Positions 19,361 to 28,396 of a stretch of DNA of 36,043 nt are shown piece after piece (the stretch's first letter is position 1; each line of letters opens with the position of its first letter). A model generated the notes under the pieces. That model searched no databases. It saw only the letters and a program-made list of their open reading frames with translations, and had not been told where the DNA came from. Source of the stretch: Acidobacteriota bacterium (GTDB lineage: Bacteria > Acidobacteriota > Thermoanaerobaculia > Multivoradales > JAHEKO01). The stretch lies in the NCBI GenBank assembly GCA_006227875.1, contig SBFI01000149.1:1-36043 (forward strand), written 5' to 3'. The position numbers and the translations under genes were made by a program.

Positions 19361-20707
19361 TTACCGGGACCCGCCTTGCAGCGCCAGCTCCAGACGCCGA
19401 ATACCCTCGGCGGCCTCGTCGGAGCTCAAGCAGAGCGGTGGCCGGAAGCGAATGGCCCGCACTCCGGAAGACAGGGCCATCACCCCGACTTCGACCATCT
19501 CCTGCAGCACGGCATCCCTGGTCTTGGCGTCGGGCAGGTCGAAAGCCACCATCATTCCCCGTCCGCGGGCGTTGCTCACCTTGTCGGGAAAGGTCGTCTC
19601 CAGCTGCTCGAGTCCCGCGAGCAGCTCGGCACCTACCGTCGCGGCATTCGCCAACAGATCGTCCTCTTCGATGATCTCCACGTAGCGTTGGCAGCGCACC
19701 ATATCCACGAGATTGCCGCCCCAGGTGGAGTTGATCCGGCTGGAGACCTTGAATACCGAGTCCACGTCGTCGATGCGGTCGGAAGCACAAATACCGCAGA
19801 CCTGGGTCTTCTTGCCAAAGGCGAAGATGTCGGGCTGGACATCGAAGTGTTCGAAGGCCCACCACTTTCCGGTGGCGCCAAAACCGGTCTGCACCTCGTC
19901 GAAGACGAGCAGAAACTCCTCTTCATCGGCGAGCTCGCGAAGCTGGCGCAGGAATTCCTCCCGAAAGTGGTTGTCACCCCCCTCTCCCTGGATGGGCTCC
20001 ATGATGAGGGCGGCGATATCGTCTCGATTCTCGCGCAGCGCCCGCTTGATCTCGTCCAGGGACTGCTTTTCCGCCACCTCGACCTGCTCCAGAATGTCGG
20101 CGGTCAGCGGAAAGGAGAGCTTTGGATTGGAGACCCGTGGCCAGTCGAATTTCGGAAAGTAGTCGGTCTTTCTCGGATCCGCGGTGTTGGTCAGCGAAAG
20201 CGTGTAACCGCTGCGGCCGTGGAAGGCCTGGTGGAAATGGATGACCTGGTACCCCTTTTCTCCCTTGCCGGCCTCGAGGTTACGGCGGACCTTCCAGTCG
20301 AAAGCGGTCTTGAGGGCGTTTTCAACCGCCAGCGCACCACCCTCGATAAAGAACATCTTGTGATTGAGGCTGTCCGGGACGGTCCTCGACAGGGTGGCCA
20401 CGAACTCGGCCATCTCGGTGGTGTAGAAGTCGGAGTTGGAGGGCTTGTTCAGCGCCGCCAGCAGGATGCGCTGCCGAAACTCGGGGGTGTGGAGCTTGGG
20501 GTGGTTGAAGCCGATGGGGCAGGTCGCAAAGCAGGTAAGGAGATCCAAGACCTCGCGCTCTCTGAGACTGTCGTAAAGGTGTGCGCCATGGCTCTTCTCC
20601 AGATCGAGGACCATCGGCAGGCCATCGGCGAGGATGTGCTTCTCCAGCAGCGCGTGGACTTCGTCGGGAGCGATGTGGGCCTTACCGGGAGCGGGCGAGG
20701 GGGCCAT
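19361..20707 (-). CDS. lat: L-lysine 6-aminotransferase (lysine epsilon-aminotransferase), class III PLP enzyme
   Basis: 448 aa. It contains LDLLTCFATCPIGFNHPKL, FFIEGGALAVENALKTAFDWK, FHGRSGYTLSLTN, and the PLP-Lys context DIFAFGKKTQVCG. The overall pattern matches LAT rather than GABA or ornithine aminotransferases, and it is paired with the ALDH7-type gene. Confidence 0.8.
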   Translation of the reverse strand: MAPSPAPGKAHIAPDEVHALLEKHILADGLPMVLDLEKSHGAHLYDSLREREVLDLLTCFATCPIGFNHPKLHTPEFRQRILLAALNKPSNSDFYTTEMAEFVATLSRTVPDSLNHKMFFIEGGALAVENALKTAFDWKVRRNLEAGKGEKGYQVIHFHQAFHGRSGYTLSLTNTADPRKTDYFPKFDWPRVSNPKLSFPLTADILEQVEVAEKQSLDEIKRALRENRDDIAALIMEPIQGEGGDNHFREEFLRQLRELADEEEFLLVFDEVQTGFGATGKWWAFEHFDVQPDIFAFGKKTQVCGICASDRIDDVDSVFKVSSRINSTWGGNLVDMVRCQRYVEIIEEDDLLANAATVGAELLAGLEQLETTFPDKVSNARGRGMMVAFDLPDAKTRDAVLQEMVEVGVMALSSGVRAIRFRPPLCLSSDEAAEGIRRLELALQGGSR

Positions 20708-20839
20708 AGGATTCTCCGCTTGCCGTGAAACTCAGAGTCAGTCGCAGTAGCCAACCCGCTCGTGGGAGCGCGCCAATGTGCAGAGGCTGCGATAGGTTGC
20801 GCGAGCCCGCGCGATGCTAGCACCGGCCAAAGAAGAGGG

Positions 20840-21973
20840 TCAATCGAACTGAAAAGTGCGACGACGGACGGGTTCCCCGGCGACTGCGGTGCGATTGCGA
20901 CCGGTGTCCTTGGCGACATACATGGCGGCGTCGGCCAGCCGCAGCAGGGTGCTCTTGCAGCGCTCCGCCGAGCCGTCGTCCGGGGCGTGGCGTTTGAGCG
21001 AGGCGACACCTACCGAGCAGGTAATGCCGGTCAAGAACAGGGCATCACCCTGGATGTCTCCTGGCTTCTGCACAAACGTCGAGTCGGCGATGGCGTTGCG
21101 GATCTCTTCGGATAGATCGATGGCGTCGTCCAGATCCGACTGCACCGCGATGACAAACTCGTCGCCCCCATACCTGGCGGCGATCGATTCCCTGGATTTG
21201 CTCAGCCGTTGCAGTAGCTGGCCCACCTCGCGTAGAACCTGACTGCCGGCCAGGTGGCCGTGGGTGTCGTTGACCCGCTTGAAAAAGTCGAGGTCGAGAA
21301 AGATGAGGGCAAAGTCCTGGTCCTCTCGGCGCGACTTGGAGATCGCCTGCGACAGGGCGATGTGCAGATAGCGGTCGTTGTAGAGGCCGGTGAGATTGTC
21401 TCGCTTGGCAATCTCCTGAGCCTGTCTGCCATCCAATACGTTCTGGATGGAGACCGAGATATAGCCGGCGAAGATCTCCAGCAGATTCAGATCTTGCTGA
21501 CTGTACTGCTCGGCGCCGAGACGGTTGACCAATTCCAGTACACCACAGACCTCGTGCTCGATTCGGACCGGGATGGCAACCAGGGATCTGGTCTGGTAGT
21601 CGGTGACGTCATCGAAGGTGGGGTTGAAAAGCTCGTCGCCGCGTGCATCCCCGGTGCAATAGGACTCGCCGGTGATGTAGACGCGTCCCCCGATCCCCAT
21701 GTCGGCCGGGACCTTCTGTGCCACCAGTTCGTTCGATTTCTCGCCAAAGGCGGCGATAAAAGTGAGGGTGTTCTTGTCGCGGTCCTGGAGCTTCTCCGAA
21801 GGGTTGTCGAGCAGAATCGAGCCGGCCTCGGAAGGGACAAATTCATTGGCCCGGCGCAACACCTCCACCAGATTCTCCGCCAGGCTCATTTCCAGCGGAA
21901 AGGTCATGGTGGCCCGTCGGCGCTCGAGAAAGCGCTCGAGAGCCAGCGGCTCGAGGCAATTGATCTTAACCAT
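20840..21973 (-). CDS. GAF domain-containing diguanylate cyclase (GGDEF)
   Basis: The N-terminal GAF-like region contains AIPVRIEHEVCGVLELVN. The C-terminal region reads RDNLTGLYNDRYL...FLDLDFFKRVNDTHGH...RYGGDEFVI. The ORF is open from TTG 21979 and I prefer ATG 21973. No RxxD I-site lies immediately upstream of GGDEF (the sequence there is SRESIAARYGGDEF). Confidence 0.9.
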   Translation of the reverse strand: MVKINCLEPLALERFLERRRATMTFPLEMSLAENLVEVLRRANEFVPSEAGSILLDNPSEKLQDRDKNTLTFIAAFGEKSNELVAQKVPADMGIGGRVYITGESYCTGDARGDELFNPTFDDVTDYQTRSLVAIPVRIEHEVCGVLELVNRLGAEQYSQQDLNLLEIFAGYISVSIQNVLDGRQAQEIAKRDNLTGLYNDRYLHIALSQAISKSRREDQDFALIFLDLDFFKRVNDTHGHLAGSQVLREVGQLLQRLSKSRESIAARYGGDEFVIAVQSDLDDAIDLSEEIRNAIADSTFVQKPGDIQGDALFLTGITCSVGVASLKRHAPDDGSAERCKSTLLRLADAAMYVAKDTGRNRTAVAGEPVRRRTFQFD

Positions 21974-22125
21974 CGACAATCACACAGGGCTCGATATCCA
22001 GCGGACAAATCGGCCCAAACCCAATGAACATAGCAGAATCCGCCCGCGGTAGAGAATCGCAAACTCCACAATGAAGATGGTTCGAAGACCTCGCCCCCGA
22101 GCCACAGACTGCTAGGGTTGAGGAG

Positions 22126-22926
22126 ATGGCACCTCCCCTGCTGAAGAAGAGTCTGGGTCAACATCACCTCCGGCATGGCGGCCTTTGCCGGCCGCTAGTC
22201 GAGTTCCTGCAGCCCGCCGAGACCAGGGTAGTGGAGATCGGTCCGGGTGGTGGCGTCCTGACACGAGAGCTCCTTGCCGCTGGAGCCACGACTGTCGTGG
22301 CGTGGGAGTACGATCCGGAGTGGGCCTTTGCCCTGCGGCGCCAGACCGAGGATGCGCGCCTCTCGTTGGTGGTGGCGGATGCCCTCGACCTGGTCTGGGA
22401 GCGGTGCACGGCACCGACTCTGGTGGCCGGTAACCTCCCTTACGGCATCGGCACGGCGCTCATCGAGCGGCTTCTTGCGCGAGCCGATCCGGATTCGATT
22501 TCACGGGCGGCCTTTCTGCTGCAGAACGAGGTGGCCGAACGTCTGATGGCCGTACCCGGCAACCCCGTCTACGGTAGTTTGAGCGTGCTGACGGCAGCGC
22601 GATCGGAGGTGAGGCTGCTGGGGAAGGTCTCGAAAGGCAGCTTTCGGCCGCCGCCCAAAGTCGACGGTGCCTTTGTCGGTTTGACCTTGAAGGCTCCTCC
22701 GGTAGCGGGGGAAGAGATGGCGGAGCTGGCGGCAACCATCCGCTTGGCCTTTGCCTACCGTCGCAAGACCCTGCGCAACTCGCTGGCGGCGGGTTGGGGC
22801 CCGACCCGGGCGAGCGCCGTCTGCGAGGAGCTCGGTCTCGCGCGCAACACCCGTGCTCAGGAGCTCACTCTGGCGGACTTCGTCCGTCTCCACCGGGCCA
22901 ACCAGGAGCGGTCAGGGGACAGCTGA
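22126..22926 (+). CDS. rsmA: 16S rRNA (adenine1518/1519-N6)-dimethyltransferase
   Basis: 266 aa with GAGGAG immediately upstream of the ATG. Motifs are KKSLGQHHL, the SAM motif VEIGPGGGVLT, and NLPYGI. Confidence 0.93.
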   Translation: MAPPLLKKSLGQHHLRHGGLCRPLVEFLQPAETRVVEIGPGGGVLTRELLAAGATTVVAWEYDPEWAFALRRQTEDARLSLVVADALDLVWERCTAPTLVAGNLPYGIGTALIERLLARADPDSISRAAFLLQNEVAERLMAVPGNPVYGSLSVLTAARSEVRLLGKVSKGSFRPPPKVDGAFVGLTLKAPPVAGEEMAELAATIRLAFAYRRKTLRNSLAAGWGPTRASAVCEELGLARNTRAQELTLADFVRLHRANQERSGDS

Positions 22927-23077
22927 CGCTGTTCCCGCCCGAATTGCCTCGTCCAGACTGCTAAAATCAGCCTGACCTCACAGGGAGGATCGCCAACTGG
23001 CACGCCTCAAGAGAGCTTCAAAACGCAACCAGCCCCAGCCCCGCCTCTCTCCGGAAAAAGGCTCCGAGCTCGTCGGT

Positions 23078-25399
23078 GTGCTGCTGCTCCTGGTGGGAGC
23101 ATTATTCACGCTCTGCCTGGCGACCTACCACGCCGACGATCCAAGCTTTCTCCACCAGCCGGCGGAGCCGAGGGAGGTCGAAAACTGGGTCGGACCCGTG
23201 GGTGCCAACCTGGCGGCGGCGACCTTCGGCCTGCTGGGGATGAGCGCGGTGCTGGTACCGATTCTGGCTCTCGTCTCCGGTTGGCGGCGGGTTCGGCATC
23301 GGGAAATGCCGACGATCGCGGGTCGTGGTGCCGGGGCACTCGTGCTGTTGGGTGCGCTGCCGGCTCTGCTCCAGTTGACGGTGAAGGAGATCGAGTGGCG
23401 GGGAGAGACGATCCCCGCCGGTGGAGCGGTGGGGCACCTGCTGGCGGACACCCTCGAGCGCTATCTCTCCTTTACCGGCAGTCTGCTGATCTTCATTGCG
23501 GCGGTGATTGTCGGCGTGGCGCTGCTGATCCAGTCGACGCTCGGTGATCTGGTGGCGGCCTGGGCCAAGAAGCTCAGGGCTCGATTCCAGCAGGCGATCT
23601 TCGCCTGGGAGCGGTATCGCGAGCGCCGGAGCAGGGACAAGTCGAGACGGCGGGTGGTCAGCAAACACCTCGAACGGGCGGCGGAGCTCAAGGAGGCTCG
23701 CCGCAAGGCCGAGGCCGGCGAGGCCGGTGAGAGCGACGCGGAGGCGGACCTGCCGCTGCGGGTGACGGAGAAGTCGGGTGAGGCCGGCTTTCATGTTCGC
23801 AAGGTGCGGCCCACCATCAAGCCGGCCGCCCCGGCGGAGGCCGTCGAGCCCGAGCGCGCCGCGGAACGCCCGCAGAAACAGATTCCCTTTCCCAAGCCCA
23901 AGAAGGATTCGGCCGAGCTTCCACCGCTCAACCTGCTCCAGCTGGACGCGATCGAGACTTCGGTGCGCGAGAACGAGTTGGTGCGACTGGGCGAGTTGAT
24001 CCGCCAGCGGTGTCTCGAGTTCGGGGTCGAGGGGACGGTGGCGGGAATCAGCCCGGGTCCGATCATCACCGTCTTCGAGTTCCAACCGGCACCGGGTGTC
24101 AAAGTCAGTCAGATCGTCAGCCTCCAGGACGACCTGGCGCTGGCCCTCAAGGCCGAGGCGGTCCGTATCGAGCGCCTGCCGGGGCGGTCCACCCTGGGTA
24201 TCGAGGTGCCCAACACGGATCGTGCCCTCATCCACCTGGGATATCTGCTGGACAAGGATGCCTTCCGCAAATCGCCTTCACCGTTGACTGTCGCCCTGGG
24301 CACCACGATTCACGGCGAGCCCTATTTCGCCGACCTGGCGACGATGCCTCATCTGTTGGTGGGCGGGGCCACCGGCTCGGGCAAGAGCGTCGGTCTGCAG
24401 AGCATGATCACTTCGATCCTCTACAAGGCGACCCGCGATCAGGTCCAATTCATCTTTATCGATCCCAAGAGGATCGAGCTCGGCGTCTACAAGGACATTC
24501 CCCACCTCAAGGCCGAAGTGGTCGTCGAGCCCAAGAAGGCGGCCAATGCGCTGCGCTGGGCGGTAGGGGAGATGGAGCGGCGCTACCGGCTGCTGGCCGA
24601 GGTGCACGTGCGGTCGATCGAGTTCTACAACCGGGCGATTTTGGATCCCGAGGTGCAAAAGCGGCTGGCGCTGTCGGAAACCGACATGGATCTCGACACC
24701 GCCGATCTCAAGCCGCTGCCCTACTACGTGATCGTGATCGACGAGCTGGCCGACCTCATGCTGGTGGCGGCAGCCGAGGTGGAGACCTCGATCGCCCGTA
24801 TCGCGCAGATGGCCCGCGCGGTGGGACTCCATCTGATCATCGCCACCCAGCGGCCGTCGGTGGATGTGCTCACCGGGACGATCAAGGCGAATTTCCCTTG
24901 TCGTATCTCCTACGCCACCGCCAGCCGGCACGACTCGCGCACCATCCTCGATCAGGTCGGGGCGGAGAAGCTGCTGGGCAAGGGAGACATGCTCTTCATG
25001 CCGCCGGGGACGTCGCGCATCAGCCGGCTACATGGGGCCTTTATCAGCGAGCAGGAGACCGCGGGTCTGGTCCGTTGGCTCAAGAAACAGGGTAGACCCG
25101 ACCTCGATCCGATGGTGTTGGCGGCGCCGGAGGAGGAACGTGGCGGCGCCGGCGGCGGTGGAGACGATGACGAGTTGTTCGACGAGGCGGCCCGTCTGGT
25201 GGTGGCTCAGGGTCAGGCATCGGCCAGCTTTCTCCAGCGCCGGCTGCGCATCGGTTTCTCGCGTGCGGCCCGTCTCATCGACATCATGGAGCAGGAGGGT
25301 CTGCTGGGGCCGCCGCAGGGTTCGAAGCCGCGAGAGGTGCTGGTCAAACCCGATTACTTCACCGAGCTCGACGAAGCGCGCAAGGAAGCCGAGCCTTAG
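23078..25399 (+). CDS. ftsK: DNA translocase FtsK/SpoIIIE
   Basis: N-terminal TM helices precede a charged linker. Walker A is GGATGSGKSVGL and Walker B is YYVIVIDELADL. The C-terminal gamma winged-helix reads ASASFLQRRLRIGFSRAARLIDIMEQEGLLGP. 23078 is the first canonical start (GTG) and falls inside TM1. A CTG at 22997 with an SD would add the expected basic N-terminus (see findings). Confidence 0.95.
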   Translation: MLLLLVGALFTLCLATYHADDPSFLHQPAEPREVENWVGPVGANLAAATFGLLGMSAVLVPILALVSGWRRVRHREMPTIAGRGAGALVLLGALPALLQLTVKEIEWRGETIPAGGAVGHLLADTLERYLSFTGSLLIFIAAVIVGVALLIQSTLGDLVAAWAKKLRARFQQAIFAWERYRERRSRDKSRRRVVSKHLERAAELKEARRKAEAGEAGESDAEADLPLRVTEKSGEAGFHVRKVRPTIKPAAPAEAVEPERAAERPQKQIPFPKPKKDSAELPPLNLLQLDAIETSVRENELVRLGELIRQRCLEFGVEGTVAGISPGPIITVFEFQPAPGVKVSQIVSLQDDLALALKAEAVRIERLPGRSTLGIEVPNTDRALIHLGYLLDKDAFRKSPSPLTVALGTTIHGEPYFADLATMPHLLVGGATGSGKSVGLQSMITSILYKATRDQVQFIFIDPKRIELGVYKDIPHLKAEVVVEPKKAANALRWAVGEMERRYRLLAEVHVRSIEFYNRAILDPEVQKRLALSETDMDLDTADLKPLPYYVIVIDELADLMLVAAAEVETSIARIAQMARAVGLHLIIATQRPSVDVLTGTIKANFPCRISYATASRHDSRTILDQVGAEKLLGKGDMLFMPPGTSRISRLHGAFISEQETAGLVRWLKKQGRPDLDPMVLAAPEEERGGAGGGGDDDELFDEAARLVVAQGQASASFLQRRLRIGFSRAARLIDIMEQEGLLGPPQGSKPREVLVKPDYFTELDEARKEAEP

Positions 25400-25428
25400 C
25401 CCTGGCCTGACTGGAGGTTCGCCGGCTC

Positions 25429-26370
25429 TTGAAACCCCTGGTCTTCTTCGGCACGCCGGAGTTCGCTCTCCCCACTCTCGAAGCACTCTGTAGGGCGGGA
25501 CGCGAGCCCGTTCGGGTGGTCACCCAACCGGCCCGTCCGGTGGGCCGGGGCCGACGGCTGTCGGATCCACCGGTGGCAGAGTGGGCGCGAAATCAGGGCC
25601 TCGAGGTGGTACAGCCGGATAGGGTCCGGGATGCGGACTTCATCTCCGCGCTGGCGGCGCTCGAGCCGGCGGTGGCCATCGTCGTCGCCTTTGGCCAGAT
25701 CTTTCCAAGTGAGCTGCTGAAGCTCCCGGCTCGCGGCTGCATCAATCTGCACGCCTCGCTGTTGCCGCGATATCGCGGTGCGGCCCCGGTGCAGGCGGCG
25801 ATCGCCGCCGGTGAGACCGTGACCGGGGTCACCACCATGCAGATGGAGGAGGGACTCGATAGCGGACCGATTCTGCTCCAGGAGGAGACCGAGATCGGAC
25901 CGCAGGAGACCGGTGGCCGGCTGTCGGAGCGGCTCTCGCAACAGGGGGCCGAGCTGGTACTCGAGACCCTCGACCGGCTGGAAGCGGGCGGGCTGGATCC
26001 CCGCGCCCAGAACGACGAAGAGGCGTCGCTTGCTCCCCGGTTGAAGAAGAGCGACGGCGAGATCGACTGGTCTCTGTCGGCGGTTGAGATCTTCAACCGC
26101 CTGCGGGCGTTTACGCCCTGGCCAGGTGTGTTTTCCCATCTGCGGGGCCAGCCGGTGAAGATTCTCTGGGGAGAGCCGGTCGGCCCGGGCGCCGACTCGA
26201 CGATGCAGCCCGGTGAGCTGCTCTGTCTCGAGCAGGATCGGCTGGTCATCCGGTGTGGCGAAGGGACGGCATTTGCGGTCGAGCGACTGCAGCGCCCGGG
26301 CCGCAAGCCGGTCACCGCCGTCGAGCTCGACAACAGCGAGCACCTCGAGCCGGGGGAGCGCTTCGAGTGA
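25429..26370 (+). CDS. fmt: Methionyl-tRNA formyltransferase
   Basis: TTG start with GGAGG 11 nt upstream. Motifs are MKPLVFFGTPEFALPTLEAL and HASLLPRYRGAAPVQ. Confidence 0.95.
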   Translation: MKPLVFFGTPEFALPTLEALCRAGREPVRVVTQPARPVGRGRRLSDPPVAEWARNQGLEVVQPDRVRDADFISALAALEPAVAIVVAFGQIFPSELLKLPARGCINLHASLLPRYRGAAPVQAAIAAGETVTGVTTMQMEEGLDSGPILLQEETEIGPQETGGRLSERLSQQGAELVLETLDRLEAGGLDPRAQNDEEASLAPRLKKSDGEIDWSLSAVEIFNRLRAFTPWPGVFSHLRGQPVKILWGEPVGPGADSTMQPGELLCLEQDRLVIRCGEGTAFAVERLQRPGRKPVTAVELDNSEHLEPGERFE

Positions 26371-27683
26371 CGGTGCGGACGGCGGCGGCGCGAGTCCTCG
26401 ATCGCGCTCTCGCGAGCCGCTCGCCGACCGACATCTTTCTGGATCAGGCATCGACCGACCTGGACGAGCGGGATCGCCGTCTGCTGCGCGAGCTGGTCTT
26501 TGGCACGCTGAGGTGGCTGCGGCGGCTGGATCAAGTGATCGGATCGGCGGCGATCCGTCCGTTGAGCGAGATCGACCCGCCTCTCCACGCGCCTTTGAGG
26601 CTCGCGGTCTATCAACTCCTGTATCTGGATCGGATCCCCCCCCACGCCGCGGTCAACGAGGCCGTCGAAGAGGCCCATCGGCGCACACACAAGGGAGGGG
26701 CGTCGTTTGTCAATGCCGTGCTTCGCCGAATCGCCAAGCAGCCACGATTGGAGGCCTGGCCGATCACCGAGACAGATCCGACGGCTCGTCTGGCCATCGA
26801 GTCGAGTCACCCCGATTTCTTGGTGGCCCGCTGGCTCGACCGATTCGGTGAGGCCCGGACCCGAGAGCTGGTGGCAGCCAACAACCGGCCAAAGCCCCTT
26901 CATCTGCTGGCCTTCGAGGATCGGGGCGGAAGAGAGCGCCTCACCGAGACGCTGGCGAACGAGGATGTGGAGACCGAGCCCTCGTCACTCTCACCGCTGG
27001 GGCTCGTGGCTCGAGGCGGCAACCCGGTCGACACCGACGCTTTTGCCCGCGGCGACTTCTATCTCCAGGACGAAGCCAGCCAGGTCTCGGCCTTGCTGCC
27101 GGCACCGGCCGCCGGCGAAGTGATCCTGGATGCGGCGGCGGCCCCGGGTGGCAAGAGCTTTGCCCTCCTCGCCGCCCAGCCGGCGGTCACCGTCTATGCC
27201 AACGAGCTCTCGGTGGCGCGGCTCGGAACCCTGCGGGCCAACATCGTGCGGTTGGGTCGCCGGCTGCCGCTGGTGGCGGCGGATGCCTCCTCACCCCCAT
27301 TCAGCTGCTCTTTCGACCGGGTCGTGGTCGATCTGCCGTGCACCGGGACGGGGACCCTGCGCAAACACCCCGAGCTCAAGTGGCGGGTGAGCCCCGAAGA
27401 GCTGGCGCGTCTGTCTCGACAGGCCGGGAAGCTGCTCGCTGGCGTGGCGCCATTGGTGCGCCCCGGGAGTCTGCTGGTGGCCATCACCTGCTCGCTGGAG
27501 CCGGAGGAGAACGAGAGGGTGGCAGAGGCATTCCTCGCCGACAACCAGGACTTTTCACCCCACGACTTCGCCACCGAGATCAGCGCCCCTCTGAGCGGGA
27601 TGATCACCGGCCCGGGAAGCTGGCAGATCCTCCCCGCCGGCGACCACGACGGCTTTACCGTCCAGGTCCTCCGCCGTTCCTAA
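26367..27683 (+). CDS. rsmB: 16S rRNA (cytosine967-C5)-methyltransferase RsmB/Sun
   Basis: GTG 26367 overlaps the fmt stop (GTGA). The N-terminal domain is NusB-like. The SAM motif is DAAAAPGGKS. Catalytic Cys motifs are DLPCTGTGTLRKHPE and ITCSLEPEENE. The track's 26253 start lies inside fmt and I rejected it. Confidence 0.9.
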   Translation: MTVRTAAARVLDRALASRSPTDIFLDQASTDLDERDRRLLRELVFGTLRWLRRLDQVIGSAAIRPLSEIDPPLHAPLRLAVYQLLYLDRIPPHAAVNEAVEEAHRRTHKGGASFVNAVLRRIAKQPRLEAWPITETDPTARLAIESSHPDFLVARWLDRFGEARTRELVAANNRPKPLHLLAFEDRGGRERLTETLANEDVETEPSSLSPLGLVARGGNPVDTDAFARGDFYLQDEASQVSALLPAPAAGEVILDAAAAPGGKSFALLAAQPAVTVYANELSVARLGTLRANIVRLGRRLPLVAADASSPPFSCSFDRVVVDLPCTGTGTLRKHPELKWRVSPEELARLSRQAGKLLAGVAPLVRPGSLLVAITCSLEPEENERVAEAFLADNQDFSPHDFATEISAPLSGMITGPGSWQILPAGDHDGFTVQVLRRS

Positions 27684-28360
27684 CGGTGAGACTTGTAAAG
27701 ACGGCTGAGACGCCGGGGTGAGACACCCGCGAAATAGAGCACCCAGATCAGCCAGTTGAGGATCACCGTCCTCACGGCCCCACCCTCCACGTACCGGCGG
27801 CTGGAAGTCACGACCTGGTGGGGGATTATCTCGAGCTCACCGAGACGCTTGAGACGACGGATGAAATCGAGATCCTCGAGGATCGGCCAATCGTGAAAAC
27901 CACCCAGCTGCTCGAAGACGTCACGGGTGACGAACTGCGCCTGGTCACCCAGGGGAGAGCGGGTGAGACGGGTCCGCAGAGCGACCATCCGGGTGCCAAA
28001 GCGGTAGATCGGACCCGGGTCGTCGAAGCGGACCATAAAACCGCCACCCACCCGGCCGGCGTCCACAGCACCCCGCACGGCTTCGATGGCGCCGGGTGGC
28101 AAGAGGGTGTCGGCGTGTAGAAACACGAGCGCCTCGGCCGTCGTCTCCCTGGCCCCTCGGTTGAGTTGGGTTCCTCTTCCGGGAGATCCCGAGACGACCG
28201 GCACCCCCAGCTCGCGGGCGACCTCCACGGTGCCGTCCCGGCTGCCGCCGTCGCTGACCACGAGCTCGTCGGCGACGCCGAGAATCTGGGGGAGTAGTCG
28301 TCGCAGCGCCTCCTCCTCATCGAGAGTGGGAACGACGATTGCGACACGGGTGTTGGACAA
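27680..28360 (-). CDS. Family 2 glycosyltransferase (small, single-domain; resembles the TIGR04283-type GT)
   Basis: 226 aa with a TTG start. It contains VAIVVPTLDEEEAL, VVSDGGSRDGT, LVFLHADTLLP and PLGDQAQFV, plus a C-terminal amphipathic or TM tail. Its stop overlaps the rsmB stop by 4 nt (convergent). Confidence 0.8.
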   Translation of the reverse strand: MSNTRVAIVVPTLDEEEALRRLLPQILGVADELVVSDGGSRDGTVEVARELGVPVVSGSPGRGTQLNRGARETTAEALVFLHADTLLPPGAIEAVRGAVDAGRVGGGFMVRFDDPGPIYRFGTRMVALRTRLTRSPLGDQAQFVTRDVFEQLGGFHDWPILEDLDFIRRLKRLGELEIIPHQVVTSSRRYVEGGAVRTVILNWLIWVLYFAGVSPRRLSRLYKSHR

Positions 28361-28396
28361 ATCGGCGGGATGCTAGCATAGCGATTTCCGCCCCTC

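Noticed and set aside
20708-20839. Short GC hairpins (GCGCG-AGCC-CGCGC around 20799-20812; CGCTC-GTGG-GAGCG around 20757-20770) after the GGDEF gene, considered as terminators.
   Set aside because: The stems are only 5 bp with no U-tract, which is the kind of pairing expected by chance in GC-rich DNA.
22106-22125. TGCTAGGGT upstream of rsmA, considered as a third copy of the TGCTAGCA-type -10 element.
   Set aside because: It is only a partial match. A transcription start downstream of it would exclude the clear GAGGAG SD of rsmA.
22996-23020. TGGCAC at 22998-23003 considered as a sigma54 -24 element upstream of ftsK.
   Set aside because: There is no TTGC -12 element at the required spacing (the sequence continues GCCTCAAGAG). 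The motif lies within the probable ftsK coding extension.
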